Assembly (NCBI GenBank): GCA_043228905.1
Contig: JBHGNT010000002.1
Coordinates: 2,914,001-2,978,000 of the forward strand
Length of the DNA stretch: 64,000 nucleotides
Source of the DNA: Azolla caroliniana
Taxonomy: Eukaryota > Plantae > Polypodiophyta
Direction: 5' to 3'
Shown: in pieces, positions 48,905-60,263 of the stretch
Position numbering within the stretch: position 1 is the first letter of the stretch
Layout: each line of letters starts with the position of its first letter
Notes under the pieces: model-generated
What the model was told of the DNA's origin: nothing
Database searches by the model: none
Seen by the model: the letters and a program-made list of their open reading frames with translations, nothing else
Program-made: the position numbers and the translations under genes

Positions 48905-50761
48905 TTACTGCCATGCAGATGCTACTATAAGATATCTATTCATCCAACCTAAGTAAAGAGCATCTCCTTCTTCCTTCAATATATAATTGCTGTTATATGA
49001 TTCTAAGAGGTTCGCAATGATGCTATTCACATGCGAACTTAGTGGACGAGGTGAAAACCCGGCCATCATCATTCTTGCTCTCCATTTCCCCATTAATTCA
49101 TGTCGTTCCATCCGTTCTAATCCTTCACAAGCAATCACATTCACTATATCCCGAGCTAAGCATTGCTCCTCGACATTCACTCTATCTTTGCTTTCTCTAG
49201 GGAGAGCAACATCAATAGAATCGAAGATCGCCGAGTAAAAGTTTAATGCCTCCATGAATCTCAAAAAGAAAGGTGAAGTGTTTGTATTAGCTTCTTGCTC
49301 GACCATCGTGAATACCTTTGGATTGAGGCTTTTCATCATTCTAAGTATTCGGTCCCTTGGATTAGTCACACATACGCTCTCATCAGGTAAGTGATGAAGT
49401 TGCAAATTGAAATTCACCGCAAGAGCTTCCCCTTCTCTCAGCTCAATCATATCAGATTGAAGTTTGGACAGGTCGGAATAGATACATTTGAACTCGAACG
49501 GGACTTTCAGAGACATGGCTAACTTGCTAAGCCTTTCTTCAACAAATTCCATACCACCTATAGGAGAAGCTTGAGCACCTTTCTCTTCAACGGTGGTAAT
49601 TCTTAAACTCGGAGGGCCTCCGGGTCGATTAGCCAATCCTTGTATGAGAGAGAACCATTGTGTTCCTTGAGAAATTTGAAAGTCGAAAATGTGAACTTTC
49701 GCTTCATCTCGGAAAGCTTCAGCAATGGCACCATTTGCTGCCATATATGCAAACTTGATGTAAGGGCATATCTCATATAGTTTCTGCATTGCTGACAATA
49801 TATCTGGTGATGGTGATTCTGTACACTTTAAGAATTTGTATATGGATAAACCTGAAGATTGAATCCTGGCAACAAGACCTTCTAGCATATAGGCAGCAAG
49901 CCTTTCTGTAGGATCTCCAAATATAGATACTTTCATCCTGAGCTCCTGAATCACATCCATGGCTATATCTAGTCTACCTTCATCCACAGCTGAAGCACAC
50001 ATGATAAGCAGGTTTTTAACCTGATGTCCTGGATTCTCTTTCTCTATTGTGAGAAAATGTTTGGAATAACAAGGATCTATAGCTATATTGGTATGCGGAT
50101 CCACTACACAGTGGCTTCCATTTTGTGTCTCTAACTGAATCATTGCAGGTGGCACTTCATCTAAAAGATCTGTCCAAGGTGAGCTATTATCATCTCCATG
50201 GAGTTCAAGAGAATCCTTTCCATCATCATCATTATTATCTGGGCCAAGCAACGCACTCTCGAGCTCTTCCAACATATGTTTCATTGATTTCCCGTCATAG
50301 GAAACAAAATTAGCACATGGCTCTTCTTCTTCTTCTTTGGGCTGTACCGAAGAAGAAGCCAAAAAATCCTGCAAAGAATCAGGACTTTCAACAACGGAAG
50401 AAGAAACACTTATATGTTGACCATGAAGACGACGAGAAGCATATTGGTTGTATGAATAGCCTTGTGAATCACTATCGAAATGATAGTCTACACTTGATTG
50501 AGATAGCATATCTGAGCTAGAGAAAGATTGAGGAGGAGATGGTGAAAAGATCGGGGAATTAGTAATCCTCATAGAGTCGTGTCCATTATCTCCTACATTA
50601 TTTTCTTCAATATTATTGTTACCATTACCATAATCTTCAGATATATGTTTAGTTCCTTTTTTATACAAGTAAAGATTGAACAAAGGAACTGAGGAAGGAT
50701 CTGAAACAGCTGTATCTACGCCATTATACTTGGTCTGAGTATTATCATAATATGTACCCAT
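48905..50761 (-). CDS. PAT1: GRAS transcription factor, PAT1 subfamily (SCL5/13/21/PAT1-like), 618 aa
   Basis: LEELESALLG, VSIFGDPTERLAAYMLEGL, LYEICPY.KF, VHIFDFQI.QGTQW, GGPP, HHLPDESV..NPRDR, VEQEANTNT, EEQCLARDIVN, WRARMMMAGF, SAWQ. First ATG at 50761. The symbol denotes the clade, not proven orthology. Confidence 0.92.
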   Translation of the reverse strand: MGTYYDNTQTKYNGVDTAVSDPSSVPLFNLYLYKKGTKHISEDYGNGNNNIEENNVGDNGHDSMRITNSPIFSPSPPQSFSSSDMLSQSSVDYHFDSDSQGYSYNQYASRRLHGQHISVSSSVVESPDSLQDFLASSSVQPKEEEEEPCANFVSYDGKSMKHMLEELESALLGPDNNDDDGKDSLELHGDDNSSPWTDLLDEVPPAMIQLETQNGSHCVVDPHTNIAIDPCYSKHFLTIEKENPGHQVKNLLIMCASAVDEGRLDIAMDVIQELRMKVSIFGDPTERLAAYMLEGLVARIQSSGLSIYKFLKCTESPSPDILSAMQKLYEICPYIKFAYMAANGAIAEAFRDEAKVHIFDFQISQGTQWFSLIQGLANRPGGPPSLRITTVEEKGAQASPIGGMEFVEERLSKLAMSLKVPFEFKCIYSDLSKLQSDMIELREGEALAVNFNLQLHHLPDESVCVTNPRDRILRMMKSLNPKVFTMVEQEANTNTSPFFLRFMEALNFYSAIFDSIDVALPRESKDRVNVEEQCLARDIVNVIACEGLERMERHELMGKWRARMMMAGFSPRPLSSHVNSIIANLLESYNSNYILKEEGDALYLGWMNRYLIVASAWQ

Positions 50762-50971
50762 ACTCGGTAGGTTATCGAAACCTCGATCCAGTGCAATACC
50801 CAAACAAGCGAAAATAGGGTGAGAAAAAATTGAAGAGATGATATAATACCTTGAAGATATAGGAGTATATATATATGTATGTATGTCTTTCTGAGATGCT
50901 CAATTAGAAATGTTCAGAAAAGAGGAACCCTAGGAATCTGACTTATGCCCAAGAAATAAGATAGCCGGAAT

Positions 50972-51964
50972 CTGTACACAGAAGACAATCAGAAGAACAA
51001 ATATTAGCAATGGAATATAAAAAAGGTTGCTGTCTCATAAGAAGAAGAAAACACATAATAATACTCATAAAAGACTCATCGCTGGGAAGTGAATATACAT
51101 TAAATTCTCTCTCCTTCTCTTGTAAAAGAAGGCCAGATGTAACCCAATTCTCAGGATACCACAATAACAGAATACTTAAAAAGACACTCTTTGCTAAGTC
51201 TCCATGTAGAATACTCAGGAGAACCGAAACATGTAGGGGGGAGAAACCATGGACGGGTGCCTGCACTTCCATTCTACAAGGTAACCAGCAACAAGATCAA
51301 AGGAAAAATGGAGAATTGAAAGCATACAGTAAGAGGAGAGGTTTTTTTTTCTCCTTCGCTACTGAGAATTGCGTAATGACATTTACAGAACACTTAGGGG
51401 AGCCACCATTGTTTTGAGGGGGAGGGGGAGGTACTGCAAATAACGACCCCACACAGGCAGATGGAAGGTTTGTCTCCTTTTTCCTCCTCAGCAAAGCCCC
51501 CTTGAAAGAGGTCTCTCTGAAGAATCATCTCTAAACCAATTGTCTCATGGGCCAATTTTGGTCTTAGAAGGCGTTAATATATCTTTCTTTCTTTCTTTCT
51601 TTCTTTCTCCAATGGCCTGACTTTCTGTCTACCACAGGGTGTCTTAAGGAGAGCAATCGGACTCTTCCCGATTGCTTTTCACAATGGAATATTTTGACAG
51701 ATGTTGTCCGTAAAAGGATGGATATACATATAATGGCGACGATGGCACAGAATGCCTCTTTTCTGTTTTAGGGTAAGAAGGAGCATCATCACCATCACCA
51801 TCACCATCACCATCATCTCCCTTCTCCTTCTCCTTCTCCTACTCCTTCAGACCTTCTCCTTCTTCTTCATCTTCTTCTTCTTCTGTTTCTCCTTCTTCTT
51901 TGCTCATAGAGGATGAGCTTAAGTAATTGGAAAACAGGGAAATGACAAAAAGGAGAGCACTTAC
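50972..51964 (-). other. Predicted 5'-leader intron of the GRAS gene
   Basis: Donor TCG|GTAAGT at 51964; pyrimidine-rich acceptor TTGTCTTCTGTGTACAG| ending at 50972. Confidence 0.6.
51533..51608 (+). mobile_element. ~75-bp LINE 3'-end copy with a (TTTC)n tail
   Basis: CATGGG..AATTTTGGT.TTAGAAG.CGTTAATATATC(TTTC)n matches 17172-17233. Confidence 0.8.
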
Positions 51965-53024
51965 CGAAATGAAGATGGATGGAATCGCCTGCACAGAAAG
52001 AACAGAGGAGGAGGAGGAGGAGAAGAAGAAGAGGAAACAGGGGAAGCACAAATATGGAAATGAGGGAACAGGGGAGGCATAAAAAGCTCCTCTCTTTCTC
52101 TACATATATATATATAAAATTATAAAATTATAATATATATTTATAAATATTATATATATATATTGTTTTTATAATTCACTTTTTACCCTTGGGGATGGGG
52201 TGGGGTGGGGGGTCTGTGGGCTTAATGCAATAGATCCATGCTCTGGCTCAATTGCTCTCTTGTAGCCTCTGGCCAATCATCATCACCCCCCCCCCCCCCC
52301 CCCCCCCCCAGATCAGATCAGATCAAATCGGGGTAGGGGCTTGGTTGCAGCGTTTTTGCGCGCCGATCATGGCCAAACGTTTCGCCTGCTTCAAATTGAA
52401 TTAGCCCGCACCCCGCATTGGAAACTTGACCCGTTAAATCTCTCTGGCCTGACCCGAGCCTTCATGTCTTTTGACCCCGTCACTTACGCCACCCAGAATG
52501 GGCATGCATCGTTGCCCTATATGGAGGCTGCTCGACATTCAACTAGCTGGCAACATCAAGATATTCTTAGACTGTTGTTCGATTGATGTATAATGTTTTC
52601 CTTCGTTAGTTATCACCTCACCTTTAGGTTTCCTAGCAAGAGTAAGTCTTGGTACGGAGAAAACGTTGTCCATCAAACACTTCCTTCCCTCTCATTTACG
52701 TTACATGCCTTCAATATAAAGATTTATTATCCTTGTCATCGATGCTCGATGCTAGATGGTAAGGCAAAACTTATAACGCAAGAAACTGTCTCCGAAAACA
52801 ATTGAATGTATATTCAATAAACCCAAGAAACGGTCTCCAAAAACAATCGAATGTATATTCAAAACCCAAGAAAAGGTTTCCAAAAACAATCGAAACATAA
52901 AATATGTACATGCAAAATGATGACATTTTTGCTAGAAATTTTAAGGTTAAAATCCTAGTTTTAGATGGTAAATTTTAGTTGCAGGCCGTCCATTTTAGTG
53001 TTCAGGACGACAACGACAAGATTG

Positions 53025-53380
53025 CCATGTGGGATGTATATTCACCAAATTGTTCATATGTGAATAATGTGCTCGCAAGAAGTAATCATAAAAGTCTTAT
53101 TAATCCTCGTGACAATAATCGAAAGAAGAGACTTGCATGGCACTTTAAGGAGCACAACGATTCTCACATGATCCAATGTAATGTGTTCACCACAAGGAAA
53201 TTTTCTCCTTATGTGGGATGTATATTCACCAAATTGAACATATGTGAATAATGTACTCGCAAGAAGTATTATTAATCCTCGTGACAATAATCGAAAGGAG
53301 AGAGCATGGCTCTTTAAGAAGCACAACGATTCTCACATCATCCAATGTAATGTGTCCACCATAAGGAAATTTCTCCTTAC
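53025..53380. repeat. ~180-bp imperfect tandem duplication (short triple repeat nearby at 52779-52895)
   Basis: ATGTGGGATGTATATTCACCAAATTG..CATATGTGAATAATGT occurs twice. Confidence 0.75.
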
Positions 53381-56300
53381 GTAATGAGTTCACAAGGGAG
53401 AAAATTCTCCTCCTTTAATGCAATCACCAGACGGAAATTTCTGCTTACGTTCTTTCATCCGAAGTCACGTAGACTTGTTGGACTCCTATGAAAGGCACGT
53501 GTCATTTGTACAAAATATTGAAAAACATCAATTCTTACAATCGAGGAACTCATGGAATAATTTGGCTATTACGTGGCTACCATTTGTTATCTTCCTTGCC
53601 CTCGTTGAAAAATATCAAAAAGGGAAAGGGAATAGGTGGAACTTGGGTCCCTCTAAAAGGAAGCGCCATATTGTTTTGACATTCAACGGTCGGCCATCAT
53701 ATTGCATTGATGAACATAAAATTTGCTTTGAAAAGGATTGTCAGGCTTGGATTTTCTCAAAAATGTAAAGATTTTTTTTGTTGGTGTAGATAGAAAGCAG
53801 TTCTCACATGGTAACAACTTGAAAGGAGTGGCTCCTCTTGTTTTCCTCAATTTTGGTTTCACTACAATCCATGTGCTAGTTGCCATCTTGACATCATACG
53901 AACATCGTGACAATTTGTATGATAACCTTTTGTATGCAAAGATTTTTGCAACTTGAAGGGTCAAGCTCAATATAGTGTCCCTCATGCGCTTGTATTTTAC
54001 TTCAAATGTTATAAAAATGATAAAGACCTTGTTCAATGCCTAGATTTATAACATTCTATACTCGAATATTTAGCTCGTATTTTGATGACTCTTGATATAT
54101 TCAACATCAAGATATTTGAAGGATTTAGCAAAATGGTTATGGGTTGCTTTCAAGCAATCATTATAATACTGTCAATTGAATTTTAGTGCGCCGAATATGT
54201 TTAGCCGAAAAAGGCAACCATATAGAAAATGAGGACCTTCACACTATTACTAAATGATGAATTAATGCAGGGTTACAACCACGTGACAAGTTTTAGTATC
54301 TACGGAAATAAATATAAAACAATATGGGCTGCAAATGCTCTTGCAATTTGAATATAAAAAATGCCAAATTTAAATCTCTCCTGCCACGTTTTGTTCAATC
54401 CTTCATGGCATTATACATGTCAAATCTTCTAGCATTTTGTTCGTAGGTTCATGACAGTATGAACCAAAATCTTCTTACATGGTTCTTATTAGTCATGAAC
54501 TCGAGTTATGTTTCTTTCTTCAATAAGGGGAATGTTGTGTCCAAGATGGGGGTGTGTTAGTGTTGTTGCTTTCAATTAGGCAAACGATTACAATTCAAAA
54601 ATAATGAGCTTCATGAAAAATTGTGATGGGGTTCAAGTTTCAACAACTTGTGTGCTTGAGAAATTGGATGGCACATTATCTAAGGATCACATTGACTAGT
54701 AATTATTAATACATATGCAAGTCATATATAATATTATAAACTAAGATTAGGCCAGCTTGATTAAATCTCTTCTTGAGGAATCAACTCCCAATTACAAATT
54801 TGATTGTTTCCGGTAATTCCAATCAAGCATTTGGATTGGATGATGGAAAGTCCCTTTTTTTCATATTGGCAAAATGTTTGACACTTGTATAATACTACTT
54901 ACATTTCTAGCATTTCTCCAAAAGTGATGGTGTGGCCATAACTTCCAGTATTTCTATTGAAGTGTTGCAAATGCTAGCATCATGCAATTGTGAATGGATC
55001 AACTCAATATCATAAAATGGATTGTTTCATGTAGTTCCAAGTAATACTTAGAGGATGCAAAACAAATTACCACATGTGTCTACATGCCAAAAATTCTAGG
55101 AATATCGTAGCCCTTGCAAGAATTTTCAATGAGATTGCAATATTGTTGGAAATTTCACCACTTCAACAATTCTGCTAGAAATTTCAGCGCCTTGGAGAAT
55201 TTCAACTATTGGCATTTTCAACAATGCTCCCTGTTTTTTTGTGCACATGTGTTTTTGGAGGCTGGCTTAAGGAGAGAAGGGGGAATCAACATTACCATGC
55301 AAGGAGATACGAAGAATATGACATTGAGACGTTTGTGAAACATCAAAATTCTTTTAAAACTAACATAACAGTCCTTGTACTTTAAAGTAATTAGGACAAT
55401 CTAATACATGGATGAATCAAGTTAATACTACGTACGTGTATTCATATTTTACATGTTATATTTATTTAAGCTAGTAAGAGATGTGAATATAATATAAAAA
55501 TGTATTAGACTTTAGTTAAATACAAGAAGGTGATATAGGCCATAGCTAGCTATAATAGAACACATGGGATAAGGGCACCCAATAGAAAGATGGATGGATC
55601 ATCATGATGTTAATATGCCAAAAGAAGGAAATGCAATTAATGATATGCTACATGCATTGATTGAGAATGCTACTTATGAACACTACTCGTCGGACATTAC
55701 ACTTTTGTGGCCCTTCACTGATTTTGGCATACATCCTAAAGGATAAAGCCTTAAACAAGACTCAAGTGTATAAAAAATGAGACTCGACTTTAAAGTTGGA
55801 GAGCTCAATTAGACAAGGTGTAAAAAAGGCCCACACCATACATCTATTGTAAAAATACTAGAAAAGTTACTTTTGTGACTTTTCTAGTTTCTTCGTTTTG
55901 ATTTTCTTTGTATACGCTAGAACTCTCTCTTACATATTTAATCTTAATCTCGTATCTTGATTTAACTACTTATTTGAAGTTCCTTCTTCAAACTTCTCAA
56001 TCTTTAACCAAGGGACCCTATGGATACGCCCCCCTTTTTTTCTGCAAATTATGCGAAGCAAAGATAAAAAGGGAGGAACGTTTTGTGTGTAGGAGCCCAA
56101 CACTTAACCACATTAGATGGATGGAAGTATGCTACCCTCAATGCAAGCTCCACCACCATTCAATAAATGATGGAGAAGATTGACTCGCCATAGTTTGGCC
56201 AAATGTTGCTTGAGATTCAAAAGCACAAAGGAATCAACCCTTACGTTAGAATGTGAGATGCAATGACAATTGCAAATCATTCGTTTCTTCCACAACTCTT

Positions 56301-56659
56301 TACACCACACAACGTGCCAAGGAGTCACCATAGAGTGAGAAGAGGTGTGTCGAGAACAAAGTATGGAGATAATTGTTTACCATATCCAAACCACACAAGG
56401 ACACCCATATGCATTTTTTAAACTTCATCACATCATCATTGTACGACAGTCCAATCACCACTACTCTCATACATATTAGCTTTGAACTTCATGCATTTAG
56501 ATAGTTATAAAGAATCTTTAGGAAACTTAGAGTTTCCATTATTGTTTTAGTGTGGATGACATTCATTCACCCATATTTGTGACCAAATGTTAGCCTCTAG
56601 TAGACAATAAGCTCTTTCTTTTTTATCATAATTAGCTTAACCTAGTAGTAAGTCGTTTA

Positions 56660-56827
56660 CACTACTAGCACTACATCTTAGGTTCGACAACCAAATTTCT
56701 CACCTCTCTATTACTCCATAGATATCTCTTATTTCACTAGATGCCACTATGGAATGTAGGGGTTCAACCCAATGACTACCTAGTCTCCATTGGGCAACCT
56801 TTCCAACTGAGCTACATCCATCTAGGT
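56660..56827 (-). mobile_element. tRNA-derived SINE, copy 1
   Basis: A-box TAGCTCAGTTGG, B-box-like GGTTGAACCC, body shared with 59498-59665. Confidence 0.78.
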
Positions 56828-57399
56828 TCTCTCTCTCTTCTTTTTTCTAGTGAAAACACACAATTAAATGGAAAAATGTGTGCATGAAGAAGGGAATGCA
56901 CGATTCAAAGATCTTGAAAATAATGTGTGTATCTTAAGGCTAGACCTCATGACTACATCAACAGATACACCTAGTCTTCGGGTCCATGTGCATTTGTTTA
57001 TAGTTGTTTTCTCCTAGTCGTTGGTTCCATGTGCATTTGTTTATAGTCGTTAAGGCAATCTTGGAAAATGTACATCCCGTGGTCGGCTAATGTATTGAGG
57101 TTGTTGTCCATAAAGGGCAAGGAAAACACGTCACAAGTGGTCACATTAAATTTGTGATAATTGACATAAATGTGTAACACTTATCCATGCATGTGCTTCA
57201 TTTCCCATCCATTTGAGCATCTCGACCTTTATACATTGAAAATTTGAATATTCCTTGCCTTTTGGGAGGCCAATTTCTTAATACCTATGCATACATCTTC
57301 GATCATAAAGAAGGGAGACATAAGTGAAAGAGAGCCATAACAAAAGCTTTCTAGCAATTGATAGCTCATATAGATTCTTATAATGCAGAGATAAGTCAA

Positions 57400-59386
57400 T
57401 AGCTTGAGTTAAGTCATCATAACTCTTATCACCTTTCCCTTTTAAATTTTAAAAAAAAGTAGTGTTTTATCTTGTGTTTGGAGAAATTGCTGAATAACTT
57501 CCCATATTCTTCTCTTTCATTGAATAAAATTTCGTTATCCTTGACTATATCCAAACTTACAATGCACAAACCATTTTCTTCTTTGAACTATTTGCAAGAT
57601 ATGTGCTTGGTTTAAATGTTTGTAGATGAGAAATGACTTTCTATTTATATTTTAATGTGGCACATGTTGTATCGTCGTACTTGACTACATCTAAACTCAT
57701 AAGGCACAAACCATTTTCTTCTTTGACCTATTTGGAAAGTATGTGTTTCGTTCAAAAAGATTTGTTTGTGCATGGGAAATGACTTTCTTAAAAGTTTTCT
57801 ATTTATATTCTAATGTGGCACATGTTGTATCTTTGTAATTTGCAACATCTCCTCAACCATCTTTGAATATATGGGTGCTTGTTTAATGGTTATGCTCAAA
57901 TATAGTTCTTTAGTACCTTCAATGGCCTTCTGAAACTCCAACATGCTAATACATTTTAGGTTAGTAAATAAATTATGATGATCAAATTCAGTGTCCATTC
58001 ACCCACTGTGAATTTATGTATGTTATCCAAGATACTTTTGAAAGTAACAAAGCCATTTTTTGGAAAAAGAAAGAAAGAAAGAAAGTAACAAAGTCCATCA
58101 CACTATTTTCATTGTGTTTTATACATGTAAATCATAAGTATTGGCCATAAGGGTAAATCATTTGCAATAATCCTTCTGATAGTATTGCACATTTGTAAGA
58201 GTAACTTCCCAACTTGATCAGAATATTTTCTTATCAATTGAAGATCGACTATACATTTGCATATACTCTTTGCATCCTTGGGATATTGTCAAGATTCGAA
58301 CTCTTGACATAACCATGTTGTAATCGAGTGTTATGTGTTAACCACACATCTAGCATATAATCATATATATACTTCCTCATTGTAGGTTTTAGCTAGCATC
58401 ATGTGCATAATTCCTCCCTTGTATTATTTACACTTGGCACATGTATGCGTACCTACTGCCTACATGCTCTATTATATCACATACGTGCAACAGGTATGCA
58501 TGCCACTTAGTATAAATAGTTGAGTTCACCTTGAAGGAATTCAAGGTGAACAACGCTAGTCATGGACATATCAATCTAGTATTCACGTTTTGCCCATCTT
58601 CTCTCCTTAATCTTCATCTCTATCTTTATGCTCTTGTGACATTCATCGCTCCGTCGTAGCCTCATCATCCGTGCTCCGTCTTAGTCCACGCTTGGTGTGT
58701 CTGTGACAGATATGAGGCATAGAATATTTTTGTGCATCAAGTTGCAAACCTTTTGTACGAGCATTATTGTCACCAAAAATAATAACTTTCTCCTTGATTT
58801 TGAAATAAGTAATATCATCTTCTAGACAGGCAAGCCAAACAAGCATAGAAATTAAAATCTTGATGAGGAATGTAGCATTCAACAATAGGGCATCATTAGG
58901 TGTTGCTATTTTAAGCTATATGTATGTTCATCATTTTTTATGGTCAACACATATTTCTCTTATTCTATCTTAATTAAACATGACACCCCTCTTTGTCCTC
59001 TTTATTATCTTGAATTTTTCAACCATTATCAAAGAGTGTATATTATAGTTACCCAAATCTTGAATCCTTTCAGTATTATGCTCCCATGTTTCAACAATAA
59101 GTATGATATCTAATTTATTGGTAAATTGACATTTCATGGGTATCCTCTATAATTCCAAAAACATAGATATAAAAGGTGTCCATTGATCCATAGTTTAGGT
59201 GTTCCTCTTTGCTTGTCTCTTCGTCTTTGGGCACATCCTTAACCTTGTTCTTCAATTTTTCTTCATATGCTTTACAACATGCATTTTGTTGTAAGATATT
59301 ATGATCCTCACTCACAAAGAATTGTGTACCTTTGACGTCCACCTAAGTATGTTCAATTATGATCCTTTGCTTTTATTGTCAGCCAT

Positions 59387-59387
<1 letters not shown>
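57400..59387 (-). mobile_element. Degenerate LINE 5' region (AP-endonuclease remnant)
   Basis: IIVETW and VIIFGDNNARTK (GDFNAR-like) on the minus strand, with many stops. Extent is approximate. Confidence 0.5.
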
Positions 59388-59431
<44 letters not shown>

Positions 59432-59435
<4 letters not shown>

Positions 59436-59688
59436 AGATGGATGTAGCTCAGTTGGTAAGGTTGCCCAATGGAGACCAAGTGGTCATGGGAGAGAGAGCC
59501 CATATGGATGTATCTCAGTTGGTAAGGTTGCCCAATGGAGACCAGGTGGTCATGGGTTTAACCCCTACATTCCACAGTGGCATCTAGTGAATTAAGAGAT
59601 ATATAAGAAGTATATAATAGAGAGGTGAGGAAGTTGGGTTTCAAACCCAGAACATAGTGCTTGCAATGAGAATGAGAATGAGAATGAC
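59432..59688 (+). mobile_element. tRNA-derived SINE, copy 2, with a duplicated head and (AATGAG)n tail
   Basis: Heads at 59432-59490 and from 59498. A box and B-box-like GGTTTAACCC. Body TACATTCCAyAGTGGCATCTAGTGAA..AAGAGATAT is shared with copy 1. Confidence 0.78.
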
Positions 59689-60263
59689 TGTATCCTCCTA
59701 GTGTTTGGATTCACAATAACACTTTATAACTTGTTAAGAAACAAATATTATCTTATGCAAGTTAATCAAAGAAAAACAACAAATATTATCCACAATGCCT
59801 AACTAGAATTTTAACGTGGAAAACCCTCAAGGAGAGATAAAAAAACCACGAGACCAAGTCCACAAACAATTCGTTATGAACAAGTAAAATTTATACACCA
59901 AAGTTTTAGTCTAAATAGAGTAGCTCTACCAAGAGGAGAGGAAAAATTCCTCCCAAAACTTAAACTCAACCAACATGAAAATAAATTATCACCAAAAAGT
60001 TATAAAAGATGGCTAGTGATGCATGCGATAATGTTTGAGATGTTGGTTGTTTAACTGATGTCCTCAAAGGCGCTGATGGAAGCTAAATACGAGGCCTTGA
60101 GAATTTTGTTCTACACTCTAACAAAAAATTGCATGTTTTGCTCTTTTTTCTCATTTTTTAAAAGTGAGTATGCATACATGAATACATATAAATATGAACC
60201 TTTTCACACTATATTAAAAATAAATAACATTTGGGTGTCCATTGCTCATTCATACACATAAAG

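Noticed and set aside
53400-55350. Possible decayed DNA-transposon coding region
   Set aside because: No clear catalytic motif, TIR or TSD could be read.
59432-59570. Functional tRNA gene
   Set aside because: No convincing cloverleaf, a degenerate B box, and a shared non-tRNA body indicate a SINE.
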